The position numbers and the translations under genes are program-made. A DNA stretch of 63,429 bases, the filler included, from Ionaspis alba (taxonomy: Eukaryota): NCBI GenBank assembly GCA_964255285.1. It is 14 parts of 14 records of this genome, joined end to end, with 100 filler letters (N's around TTAATTAATTAA, not from the genome) between each part and the next. Parts side by side here need not be neighbours in the genome. Positions count along the whole stretch, not along the records: positions 45,613 to 50,018 come from CAXUUL010001108.1; positions 50,119 to 54,500 come from CAXUUL010001109.1; positions 54,601 to 58,976 come from CAXUUL010001110.1; positions 59,077 to 63,429 come from CAXUUL010001111.1; 10 more parts are not named here. The stretch is one strand, 5' to 3'. Each line of letters starts with the position of its first letter. The stretch's first letter is position 1. A model generated the notes under the pieces. It was not told the DNA's origin and searched no databases. It saw nothing but the letters and a program-made list of their open reading frames with translations. Below, piece by piece: positions 49,764 to 61,146 of this stretch.

Positions 49764-50018
49764 ATCGACTCGCCGTCGTTCACTAGAGCTGCTCGAATCA
49801 CCAATGTGCTAGGCTTTTAGATGGGAGAGGGGGAGCTTGCTGTTTGAGCTTGGGACTTGGATTTGTTCTCGCGAGGAGTCTGGAACCGCGGATATACCAC
49901 CTCTTTTTGTTGTTGTTGCACTTGGGATAAGGAGGAGCAGAGCGACGATACAGTACTGGAGTGGGTTTTAGGAGGAATGGATTCCCGCGGCATTGGTGGT
50001 AGAATGTTCGGTACATGA

Positions 50019-50118
50019 NNNNNNNNNNNNNNNNNNNNNNNNNNNNNNNNNNNNNNNNNNNNTTAATTAATTAANNNNNNNNNNNNNNNNNNNNNNNNNN
50101 NNNNNNNNNNNNNNNNNN
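50019..50118. other. Artificial contig linker
   Basis: 44N-TTAATTAATTAA-44N. Confidence 0.98.
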
Positions 50119-50133
50119 TTTCTCTTCCCATAG

Positions 50134-50186
50134 GTATTGCGCAGACAACCATCGAGGAGAGCGAGGGCGAGGACGACGACGAATAG
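50134..50186 (+). CDS. Terminal exon fragment of an unidentified gene
   Basis: Pyrimidine tract plus TAG acceptor, then IAQTTIEESEGEDDDE-stop. Confidence 0.4.
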
Positions 50187-51283
50187 ACGAGGTCCATAAC
50201 TTGCGTCCGTCATTATTCTTCCTACTTCAAGGACCTAGCGATCACATGTGCACGTTTCCTGCCAGCCACCAATACTGGAGCAGCGGGCTGGTGGCATGCC
50301 ATGGAAGAGGCTTTTAGCTAGCTAGATAGCTTCTTTGATAAACATTCAAATCTTCAAGGAGGCTTGACGAAGTGATGTGAAACGCGACTCTCGATCGTGA
50401 CCTCGTGGCCGTACTTTGCTGCTCATGCTCAACAATTTCAATGACCACAACAAGATGGAGACTCCAAAGTAATCAGTCTGGCTCATTCTTACAAGTGCAG
50501 GTCGTTGGCAACCCCTTCGTGTTATGCCGAAGAAACTGTCTAGCCTTATGTGTCTCTTAAGCGACAACATTACTAGACTGTTTTAGCTTCTTTCCCTTCT
50601 TCTACACCTCTCCCTCTTCCCCTTCCTGCCAGGCACCATGTTTTTGTGCTTCGCGTATAGGCTGATATGCAACCACAGATCCATCGCCATCGACCGCATG
50701 AGCAGAGCTTCATTGTTCTCCCGGCCGTCCATACTACGGTTTGATCTCCATAAGCTGTTCCCCAGTATGTCTTCCCCTTTGGGTTCTTGCCTATCGTGCT
50801 GTGAACATCGATCCAGATCTGCTTCCCTAGCTTCCTCAGGACCATAATACTTCTGAAAGCTTCTCAGAAACAATTAATCAGAGACCAACGGAAGATAAAT
50901 GCTAAGCGGCAGAGACGGCCCAGCGGTGGAAAACTATGTCTGACCTGGTCCGCTGAAATATCCTTGACACACTCGCCACGGACATGATCCTAGCCGTGGT
51001 CGGGCTGACAAGAAAAGTCAGCGATGAGAATAAGTAAGAGATCGGAGATTAGGAAGTATGACATACACTGCCTTAGAATGTGAAATAGCGGAATGTGGGA
51101 CTGTCCATAGGAGGTGGAATAGAATATTCCTCAGACGAAGAGCGGAGTTGTCTCTCAATGGAAGCTTAGATGTCCCTGCCCAGAGAACTGCCCTGTCCTC
51201 TGACAGGACTCGAAGATTGAGTATCGAGACGAGGATCTCCAGAATGATTGCCGGAGAACCATACACTCTCAAAACTTCCTGCT

Positions 51284-52650
51284 TTAGCCTTGCAACCCAT
51301 TTGTCGCAGGATGCTCAACACCATTAAGAGCCTCATCTTCGTCTTCATGCTCATCGAGATCTTCCATTGGGAATGTGAGAATAGCAGCGATTCCGCCCAA
51401 TCCTTCCAATCTCTTTCCACTCTCATGCTCACTACTCAGCACTCTGACCTCGCCACCTTCGACATCCCTGACTCGATCCACCAAGCCAACCCATCTCTTC
51501 CTCGTGCCAACATTTTGGGCTCGAAAGAGCATGTCTGATATCAACAGCACTCCGCCTCCTCTTCCCACTGCTCCCTTTTCCACAGCTGTCTCTACCTCCT
51601 TCGGACCGTACCAAGCTCTCCCATCATCTTTGCGCAAGAGCGTCATGAAGTCGTCCATGAGCTTCGTTTCCCGTGCATATCTCGTATCCTTTAATCTCGC
51701 CAGCACTTCGGGTGACTGTAAAACCTCATTCAGTGAATGTAAATGCGCTGATGACGAATGCACCACTAGAAAGTTCGGCTTCTGCGCCAGCAAAGGCTTA
51801 TTCCCTGTCCGCGTAGCTGTGTCCGTAATGAATTTCAAGAACGCGGCCGCTGTAAAGCCTGGGCTCGCAAGCAATATCGGCAAGTTCTCGGTAATGTCGA
51901 TGTGCCGTAGAAGCGTATCCAAGGTCGTCTGAAAGAACTTTTCCATGCCCTAACCAACGCAGCAACATCAGCCGGTGCCACTCCTTTCATGCCACAGATT
52001 CAATTCGCTAGTCCCAAGCATACCTTGTCGTGCGCTCCACCACCCCCTCTCTTCCTTGGCACTCCCACATCCACTCTTTGCCTCAAGACCGTCCTCTCTC
52101 CCGTCAAAACCACCACAGCTGCAGACCCCTCTCCAAGAACTACCGCCCAAGCGCTCGCCCCTCTTCTCGAATCGCAAGCCTCCCTAACAAGCTCCCTGGC
52201 AACACTATCCCAACCTTCTCCCTTCTCAAGGGAGAAATCCCGCTGGACTTCCAGATCCAGAGTATGGTATTGACCGAGCTTGGCGTGGGGTGTCTCGGCT
52301 GCTATGCGCCCGCTGACGTGCAGGGAGGAAGCCTGAGCATCGAAGTGGGTGTCTGTGACCGAGAGGAGGAGTGGAGTGTGGATACGTGTGGAGGAGGTGG
52401 AGCCTGTAGCGCTTGTGGTAACTATGCGGCGAATTGCAGATGCGCGGAGGAGGTCATGGGGTTGGATTAGGTTATAGGCAAACCACTGTGAGAGGGAGGG
52501 AGGGGTTAGCTGAGAGCTCCATGAGGGACAAGAGAGTAGGAGAGATGAAGATGTGGGGCGGGAGGTAGGTACCATATCTTCGGGGTCCTCAGGGCGTAGA
52601 GTTACGGTCCCAGAGCCGTCACGAGAGATGTTCTGCTTTATGAGACGCAT
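51284..52650 (-). CDS. DOM34: Ribosome-rescue factor Pelota/Dom34
   Basis: MRLIKQNISRDGSGTVTLRPEDPEDM/WFAYNLI; GQYHTLDLE; VPRKR; LASPGF; RAWYG; LSSEHESGKRLEGLGGIAAILTFP; two introns. Confidence 0.96.
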
Positions 52651-54500
52651 ATCCTGAGAGTAAAGTATCACAGTGGCTTAGGTTATGGTGAACGGCGAAT
52701 GGTGATTGGGAGATATGATGTCAACTCTAATTCTTAAGAGAGGGCTCGCTTAGGATTATGATAGGTACTTCAGTATTCACGTGTTCTCTTCTGAAAAATG
52801 ATATGCTTCCTATCTATCCACAAATTACTGCGACAGCCACATACGATGCTGCTCGATCTTGTGCCAGCTCAGAACGACCGCAAAGGGAAGATAATCCTGA
52901 ACACGAGGCGACGGTACTATTCTTCCCGCTCAGACACGTTTACACATCACATACCCTGTCAATTACTGCAAGAAATTTCTTCATGGGCTCGGCTAGTCCT
53001 CCAATTCCCAGTCTCGCAAGCTTGTTGTTATAAAGCCTATGTGTTTTCCAGCAGATATTGATGCGTGATTCGTTTTTCTCAAATGGACGTCACGTCGGCG
53101 CGATAACACGTCCATCGCATAGTGATTATCTGTTCAGAATAGATTGGTCCTAGACGTCTATTGAGATTGTGGTTCGATAGACCTACTGACTCGGCGGTGT
53201 GGAGCATAGATGCCATCAATATCGAGACCTGGTAGCGAGATGTGATGCCGAAGTGTGGTGGAGTGATCGTCCCAGTTTCGATGTCATGGCGAGAATGAAA
53301 AATGGTATCTCTTTGCTGTAGGTAGTATGGAAGGACCACTGTTTTGATATTTCGGTTACAGATACTAGCTCAGCGATCGAGACGAGGTCTGCAAAGTAGA
53401 GCGTATCAGAAAGCAGGAAATATTGCGCAAAAACAGACAGAGATAGTGACCATTGTTGAACAGTCAGTAACACCAGTAGAACACGACGAGCTTGAGGGTA
53501 GCATCCAGACGTGGGAGGCGACTGAACACAACTTCTGCAACTGCCCTGGACGATTGCAAGTGTCTGTTTGGCAATGCTTCGATGTCAGATTAACCCAGTC
53601 TGCAAAGATACTGGACGGTCCAGCTGCGGAGGAGATCGAGCGAACGTTGCAACGTAGTGCTTCAAGAAAGAATGGGAAGAACAGGAGCGGACTAATCCTC
53701 ACTGCGGAAAGCCATTGCGAGGGCTAATGGGGGCGAGCATCTTTGGATTCTCCTTGACTGTAAAATGCCCATATCACCTTTCAATGATTCCACGGCCACT
53801 CCATCCGTAGACGCTGCCAGCCGGAGAAGAAACACAGCTCACATATCACGAGATCCAACGTCACAGCTCGTAAACCCCCACAGTCCTGCTCGTGTCTTTA
53901 AATCGTTGATGTAGACAGCTCATCCGAGCGGAGGGGACGATGGGTTCTGCCTTGGTGATGGCTACCGAGAGTGTCATGCAACGATGTCAATCGCAATGGA
54001 GACGTAGAGTACGAGGTTTGAGGATTCGGGTAGCCTGTTCACACCTCGGTTCAGGATCCCCCTTGATCAGCGACGGGTAAGGCGTCTTAGGGGAATAATG
54101 TAGGGGGTTCCCCCCGTACACAGTATATTAGGGAGAATAGGGAGTAGTTACGCTGTTAAGCGCAACTATTATCGGTCTTTTGGCCCAGTTGCCCCGGGGG
54201 CCCTATTCCCTGAAGGTTACAAATAAGCCTCGCTGCCCGCTAAGCACAATGTTCGGGAATCCCGCTGGATGGTCCTGCGGGGAGGGCCGTAACGTCCTGC
54301 AGATCCCTCGGGATGAGGAATGAGACATACATAGAATAGACGAGAACCTGTCCACTACGTAAGTATGCTACCTCATGATCTTGATGCTGGCGCGATTGAG
54401 AAAGAATGAAGGTGGGATTGCTGGAGGAACGAAGGGTTCAAAAACTAGGGTTGCGCCCGCTCGTCACATGCTATCGTGGGACTGAGTCATCCAGGTCTAT

Positions 54501-54600
54501 NNNNNNNNNNNNNNNNNNNNNNNNNNNNNNNNNNNNNNNNNNNNTTAATTAATTAANNNNNNNNNNNNNNNNNNNNNNNNNNNNNNNNNNNNNNNNNNNN
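54501..54600. other. Artificial contig linker
   Basis: 44N-TTAATTAATTAA-44N. Confidence 0.98.
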
Positions 54601-55995
54601 AACGCATCCGAGATAATAATGAAAATGCCTCCCAGAAATTGTCCCCCAGCCCAACAAACTACACTCCCGACCTCGGGTCCTACCGGCCACGTGACCTCGC
54701 ACAACCATTCCAAAACCACAGGCATTAAACTAAACGACGCAGCACCAAGAACTGCACAAATGAGGTAGGGTGCCACGAGGCTCTTAGAAGACGGTGCCCA
54801 TATGAACGCCAGATAACTCAAAGCAATGATCGGGACGAATGTCTTTATGAGCAGGAGATAGCGCTTGGATCGATCAATTATGGGCGAAGTGATGGCAGCA
54901 GCTACCAGTCCGACGAGAATCAGTACACCGCCTGCGATTCCGGATTGTTCCTCCGTGTATCCGTAAGGGGTGAGAATCTGTGTCAGGAGCGAGGAGAGGG
55001 AATTGAAGAAGCCGACGTAGACGCTAAAGGGCAGGAAAGCAAGCCAGAAAGTCGGGGACGTGGAGAGGAGTCTCAATTGCTTAGCAATGGGGAGGGCCGT
55101 GTGCGACGAGGAGGCGGAGACGGGAGTGGGTGGGCGAGCGGGGATGAAGAATGAGGGGATGGTCGCGATCGAGGATATCAAGGCTATATATAGTGTCATG
55201 GATGGGATGGCCGCAGGCGAATCATTCACGAAGAAGGGGTCAATAAGTTGACCTAATGCCCCACCTAGCGGATTTGCGAGACTGGCGACAGCGGTTGCAG
55301 AGACCCGCCCACGGGCACTGAACCAGAGGGAGGAGTAGCGCGTTGGTGCTGAGAGGACGAAGGGCTGGGCGAGGGCAATTAGGATTTGGCCGAAGAGTGT
55401 GAGGGGGAACGAGGGTGGGGAGGTGCGCGTCCCGCCATAGCGGATCCAGTTCCCGAAGAGAATGAGGACGGAGGCGCACTGGATGGAGAGGGTCGGACCG
55501 GAAGTGTGCAGTGCGTAGAGGACAACAGGGGAGGCTACGACGTAGGCGAAGAGGAAGGAGGTGCTGAGCCAGTTTATGGTGCTCGGGGTTGTTGAGAAGA
55601 ATGTTGCGGCTGTGTTGGCGACGGGAGAGAAGGAGAGCCACTGCGGTATTGAGGTTAGTTTGAGGACTTCAGGACGACAACTGCTATGGAGGTCTTACAT
55701 CCCAGCTCACGATGATATTGAGGAGGACCAGTTGCAGGAGGCCGAACCAACGCCGTTTGTAGGTTCTGTAGACCGTTGGTGCTACGGCTTGCTGGATGGT
55801 ATTTTGCTCTGGAGATTGAACTCGATCTCCATTATTCCCCTCGGTATGTCCGCTATGGTTTGTGTGCACATGCGACAAGCTCTTGTCCTGCGATTGGCCC
55901 GGCGCCAAATCCATCATCTCCGTCTCCTGAGGGTGGCTAGAAAGGAGTTGTTCCTCACTTGGTCTATGGCCGACTTGAGGTCGTATCGACGACAT
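54601..55995 (-). CDS. MFS transporter, FLVCR/SLC49-like family, 3' partial
   Basis: YRTYKRRWFGLLQLVLLNIIVSWD/WLSFSPV; INWLS; GNWIRY; GQILIALAQPFVLSAPTRYSSLWF; ANPLGGALGQ; PPTPVS; one intron. Confidence 0.88.
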
Positions 55996-56452
55996 GTGGG
56001 GCGAGACATGTCAAGAGCATATCAGAGGCATCCTCCATGTATATGAGTGCTTGGGACGGCCATCTGCCTCTTTACGGCAAAGTAGGTTCGGAGAATGCGA
56101 TTGGAGTTTCAGAGCAATCGCCGAAGATCCTGGCAGGGGGCGTGATCTGGGGGCGGTCTTATGGCAACCCTGTACCTTGCAGCCCCACCAGGTTCCGGAA
56201 GCTCGCGCTTGTGGAACGTGGAGCAGGATCTATATCTCAACGCTCCAGGTTTTCTGACTTGCTTCCTTGCAATCTCCCGTGTGCTGCTGCTTACGCTGTA
56301 TTCACAGATTTTATTGTTTTGCACTGAATAATGCATATCGCTCGTTAGCCTGCTTCCTATCTACTTCCTTTTTCAAGAGCTTCGCGACTCCGTTTCCCAC
56401 CCCACTACCAACTGACGTCAAACAAAATATAGATACGGTGAGGGCCTTCAAC

Positions 56453-58858
56453 ATGGCGCGGAAGAAAGAGATTGGGGTCATGAAACCCTGGCTATACGAT
56501 CTATTGCTATGGTCCATGTCGGTTTTGGTAGACTTGTTCTTCCGAGAGATCCATCCTAGAGGCTCCTGGAAGGTCCCAAGAAGTGGACCAGTTCTCTTCG
56601 TTGCAGCGCCGCACGCAAACCAGGTAGAAAACGCGTGATGGATCCTAAACTGCTACCTTTGGCTGACATGTATAGTTTGTCGACCCTCTCATTCTCATGC
56701 GGATTATCCGGACCGAAGCACATCGACGAATAGCCATTCTCATTGCGGAGAAATCCATGCGAAGAAAGTTCATCGGCGCGTGTGCCAGAGCAGCAGGAGC
56801 AGTGCCAGTAGGGCGAGCCCTTGACAGTACAAAGCCGGCTTCAGGAGAGATCTACCTACCAGATCCAATTCATGACCCGACTTTGATTCGTGGAGTCAAT
56901 ACCCAATTCGAGAGAGAGGCGGAAGTCGGAGGGTTGTTAGTTCTACCCTCTGTAAACAATACTGCAGCAAGTGCCGATATAGCAGCGATTATTGGGCCTG
57001 AGGAGGTCCGGCTCAAGAGACCGTTTTCAGGCCCGGATGCCATGAAACAGCTCACAGGAAGAGAGGACGTAAATGAAGAGGGAAAGTTGACCGACACTGC
57101 AAAGACTGGGGTTGCTGAGGACTTCAACGGAACAACCTATAAGGTAGCGCCAAAGGTCGATCAGACCAAAGTGTATGATACAGTATTTCATAGGCTTGAT
57201 TCCGGAGGATGCGTATGTATCTTCCCAGAAGGTGGAAGTCATGACAGGACCGAGCTACTTCCTCTGAAACGTAAGTGGTTCTTTCATCCCTTGTGCGTTC
57301 CCACTAGCTAACATCATTAGCTGGCGTTGCAATTATGGCTCTAGGATCTTTGGCTGCAAATCCCGACTCTGGCCTCAAGATTGTTCCATGTGGCATGAAT
57401 TACTTCCACGCCCATAAATTTCGATCACGCGCTGTTGTCGAGTTTGGATCGCCAATTGAGATCCCCAAAGAGATGGTAGAATTGTACAGAAGTGGCGAGA
57501 GGCGAGAAGCTACTCGTCAATTACTTGAGATGATCTATCAGGCTCTAGTTGCTGTGACTGTCACCAGTCCCGACTATGACACACTCATGGTCAGAGGCAT
57601 TCTTTGTTAGGAGGTATTTCGAAGCTAACAATCACAACAGCTTATTCAAGCTGCGAGACGACTATACAACCCAACTGGAAAGAAGCTTCCACTACCAATG
57701 GTGGTCGAGCTCAATCGTCGTTTAGTAAAAGGCTATACGCACTACAAAGATGATCCAAGAATTGTCAATCTAAAGAAGTCCGTAAATGCCTACAACAAAC
57801 AGCTCTGGCTCCTCGGCGTAAGGGACCATCAAGTCGAATATGCGAAATTCTCCATTCCGAAAGTCGTCTTCACCCTCATCTACAGACTAGGCAAGCTCGC
57901 TCTACTCGCCATCGGCACCCTTCCCGGCCTGATCCTCTTCACACCCGTCTTCGTAACCTCCAAGATCATCTCGATCAAGAAATCCCGCGAAGCGCTCGCT
58001 ACTTCGACCGTCAAGCTCCAAGGGCGCGATGTCATGGCAACATGGAAACTCTTGGTAGCTCTCGCCTTCGCTCCTATGCTCTACACTCTCTACACCGTCC
58101 TTCTAACCTACTGGACCTACCGCAACCGCGTCCAAGGTTACGTCCCCACCTGGGTTCCGCTCTGGACCATCGTCCTAACCGGTTATATCCTCTTCCCAAT
58201 GATCACCTTCGCGGCGCTTCGCATTGGCGAAACTGGAATGGATATCGTTAAATCCCTTCGCCCCCTTGTTCTATCTCTCAATCCCTCGTCCTCAAATACC
58301 CTCGTCAAGCTCCGCGAGAAACGCGCCAGGCTTTCCACCGAAGTCACCGAACTCATCAACACGCTCGGCCCTGAAATGTTCCCCGACTTCGAATCCGCCC
58401 GTATCGTCGCCGACCCATTCCGCGACGGCTACATCCAAGAGCCCGATTCCCCCCGGACCCCGAAATCGCCCCGCCACGGCCGGTTTCCCTCTAGCACCCA
58501 GCAGCCACCACGGCGCAGCCAGACGACCGACGCCAGTATTGGTGGCGGTTCTTCCGCGCACGGTCACCTCCCGCGCAACGAGTCATTTGGCAATTTGGGC
58601 AACTTTGGGCTTTTCGCCAGTCGGCCGCCGAGCCGAAGTCGCAGTCGCAGCAACTCAAACAGTGGGGGCTTGACGGGTGGGTTCAAGGCCTTTAGCACGA
58701 TTGCGAGTAAGGAGAGTTTGGATGAGGTTAGTAAGAAGATTCGTGGCGCAATGATGGAGAGGGGACAGAGGAGAAGGAGGAGTGATGAAGGGAGTTGGGA
58801 ATTCGCAGAGTCTGGAGGAGCGACGCCGGGGAGTGAGGAGGGCAAGAAGGAGGTTTAA
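56453..58858 (+). CDS. SCT1: Glycerol-3-phosphate/DHAP O-acyltransferase (Sct1/Gpt2 family)
   Basis: FFREI; APHANQ/FVDP (HxxxxD); IFPEGGSHDR; IVPCGMNYFHAHKFRSRAVVEFG; GRDVMATWK; three introns. Confidence 0.95.
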
Positions 58859-58976
58859 AATCGGGTTGGTTTTCGTTCTCTCGTGGGAAGATGTGAGAAA
58901 GGGTTGGACGAAGTTATGATTTCAGAGTACATATACTTTGGGAGTTTGAATATATACCCGTGGCCATGCCACCTTT

Positions 58977-59076
58977 NNNNNNNNNNNNNNNNNNNNNNNN
59001 NNNNNNNNNNNNNNNNNNNNTTAATTAATTAANNNNNNNNNNNNNNNNNNNNNNNNNNNNNNNNNNNNNNNNNNNN
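58977..59076. other. Artificial contig linker
   Basis: 44N-TTAATTAATTAA-44N. Confidence 0.98.
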
Positions 59077-59224
59077 GGATGGTGCTGCTCGGGGAGGTTG
59101 GGGGGGTGGACCAGGGTTTTTCGGGGTCGGGTGGTGAGGGTTGTGCTGCGTCGTCCTCTTGGGTGTGGTTTCTGGATTTTTCGGGTCCATTCTGGATGTC
59201 CCGTTCACTGCTTTTAGTGTTCAT
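59077..59224 (-). CDS. Possible N-terminal fragment of an unidentified protein
   Basis: ATG 59224 opens a hydrophilic Pro/Ser-rich frame (MNTKSSERDIQNGPEK..DPEKP) running into the linker. Confidence 0.35.
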
Positions 59225-59982
59225 CTGTTCCACTGCAATTGGTAGTTCTTGATCCAAGCTCTTCTCCCTTTTCTAAACTGGCAGCGCAACATGAACGATT
59301 TTGAGAAAACAAGGAGTGACCATGAAATAGATTGCAAAGGTTTGTTTTTCTTGATGAGCGGAATCTTCAAGGGTGGAGGCATCATAGTGCGTAAACTAAA
59401 AATGAGCATCATCGCGGAACAGTGCCGATTGCCGTTCTGACGCGATTTGGTAGAACTATTAGGAGCGGAGGTCTCCGCTCCCCATGTTATGTTAACTTCG
59501 ATACGTAACAAATGGTAGTGCTAGATGTTGCAGGTACGCAATCAGGATTGTTTGGGAGTCTACAAGTAAGGCACATCCATCTCTTCCCTCGCTTATCGCA
59601 TGCGGCGAAGGTTACACTAGACGACCAGTACATATAATCTCGATATAGTGGAAGTGCTAGGGGGTAGTTTCCCCCAATACCAACTCACAACAATGTTGAA
59701 GGGTCATCTGGTAATCATGAAGTACACAATATCACCATCAATCGTTTAGACGATTGCACGATGTTCTCTCGGGTAACATTGTTAATGATCAAATATCCTA
59801 TTATTCCGCTCCGAGGCGACCATCTATAAACACCATGTTACTCACCATCCCAAACGCCAACGCTATGCAGCCACAAAAAACCAACACCGCTATGCAATTC
59901 CGAATACCTCATGCGAAGGACAGAAGCGAAGCGAAGATGGACCTCTCCCCTACCACTTCAAGCCGCGCCATTCCATTTCCCC

Positions 59983-61146
59983 TTAAAACAAAGACCACCA
60001 ATTCCTACTCCTCTCCTCCCTCGGCTGCGGCACCGCCTTCGGTGCCCTCATCCAATAGCGCGGGTGCTTGATCTCTCCCGTCGGCTGCGGCCCACTTCCA
60101 CTACCGACAGCCGTACCGGTAGGATAGAAACCCGTGCCCGTCGGCTGCGGTATTATAACGCTTCCAGTACCCTGTGGAATGCTCGAGGTCTGGCTTCCCT
60201 CACCTGGGTTGGCGCTTGAAGTGGCTGTCTCTTGAGGCGAGGTCGCTGTAATGACGACCGTGGACGTCGAGCCGTTTGGCAGTACCGAGGTGAAGGTTTG
60301 GCCCTCGGGAGTGTTGGCGGGTTGGGCTGGCGCGCCGGGTGCTTGCGTGTTACTTGGGTTACCGTTAGCCGGCACCGTGACGTAGACAGTCGAGTAGATT
60401 GTTGTGGCTGGTGGGCAGGCAGATCCCTGGATTGGAGTGACGATGGGACATGAGACCTCGGTCACTGGTGGTGGTAAAGTAGCAGCTGTTGTGGAGGGGC
60501 AGATGACCACCACGGCGGTTGTTGTTGAGGTGATCTGTGTGGTGATGTAGGAGACTGTTAGGGAGGTGGAGTAGTAGGTGTGGGATCCGGATGTGGCTAC
60601 AATGGTTGATTGGGGGATGAAGCTTGTGATGACGGAGTCGAAAGAGGTGGTGCCGGTAGTCGTGACCGTTGTGGTCGATGGGACTGCTCCTGTGATTGTG
60701 GTAGTAGTGGGTTCGGAAGTGCCAGAAGGGGGTGAGCCTCCACTACCGCCAGTACCAGTAATGCGAGTGGAGATCGGTGGGTTACCAGTGCCTACAGGCG
60801 GCCAGTAGGAAGGTCCAGATGATCCGGTCACGATGGGTGGTCTCGGTGTTTCCGTTGCAATGGATTCAGAAGGTGTTGGTCCATGGCAACCCCCATTCTT
60901 GCAAGTGGTGATTGTAATGGTCGACGTAGTCAATCGAGTATGGACAACATAGGATGAGCCGGTACTACTGGTTTCTGTGACTGGGCAGGTGGTAACAGTG
61001 GTGTATGTTGTCACTGTCTCGGTCGTCGAAGGGGCAGTTGATAAGGAGTTGTAAGGTTGGCTCGACGTCGTAGAGTTCGTGCTGTGCTCCCAAGCAGCAG
61101 CAGAGCCGACTAGCGCTGCGGCAACATAGATCAAAGAGACGTACAT
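59983..61146 (-). CDS. Secreted Ser/Thr/Pro-rich (mucin-like) cell-surface protein
   Basis: Signal peptide MYVSLIYVAAALVGSAAA; TETVTTYTTVTTCPVT and other Thr-rich C-P motifs; PQPTG repeats; intronless 387 aa. Confidence 0.85.
   Translation of the reverse strand: MYVSLIYVAAALVGSAAAWEHSTNSTTSSQPYNSLSTAPSTTETVTTYTTVTTCPVTETSSTGSSYVVHTRLTTSTITITTCKNGGCHGPTPSESIATETPRPPIVTGSSGPSYWPPVGTGNPPISTRITGTGGSGGSPPSGTSEPTTTTITGAVPSTTTVTTTGTTSFDSVITSFIPQSTIVATSGSHTYYSTSLTVSYITTQITSTTTAVVVICPSTTAATLPPPVTEVSCPIVTPIQGSACPPATTIYSTVYVTVPANGNPSNTQAPGAPAQPANTPEGQTFTSVLPNGSTSTVVITATSPQETATSSANPGEGSQTSSIPQGTGSVIIPQPTGTGFYPTGTAVGSGSGPQPTGEIKHPRYWMRAPKAVPQPREERSRNWWSLF

Noticed and set aside
52486..52572. Novel 29-aa insertion in Dom34 (similar read-through inserts in ABC1 kinase and PSY2 ORFs)
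   Set aside because: These are stop-free in-frame introns with normal donor, branch and acceptor signals.
40854..54203. Shared 12-mer CCCCGGGGGCCC at 40854 and 54192 as evidence of one repeat family
   Set aside because: The flanks do not align, and 12-mer matches are expected by chance in 63 kb.
4547..59032. TTAATTAATTAA recurring every ~4.5 kb as a biological repeat, array or recombination site
   Set aside because: Always centred in 44+44 N; it is a synthetic six-frame-stop linker. ORFs ending in XXX-LIN are artefacts of it.
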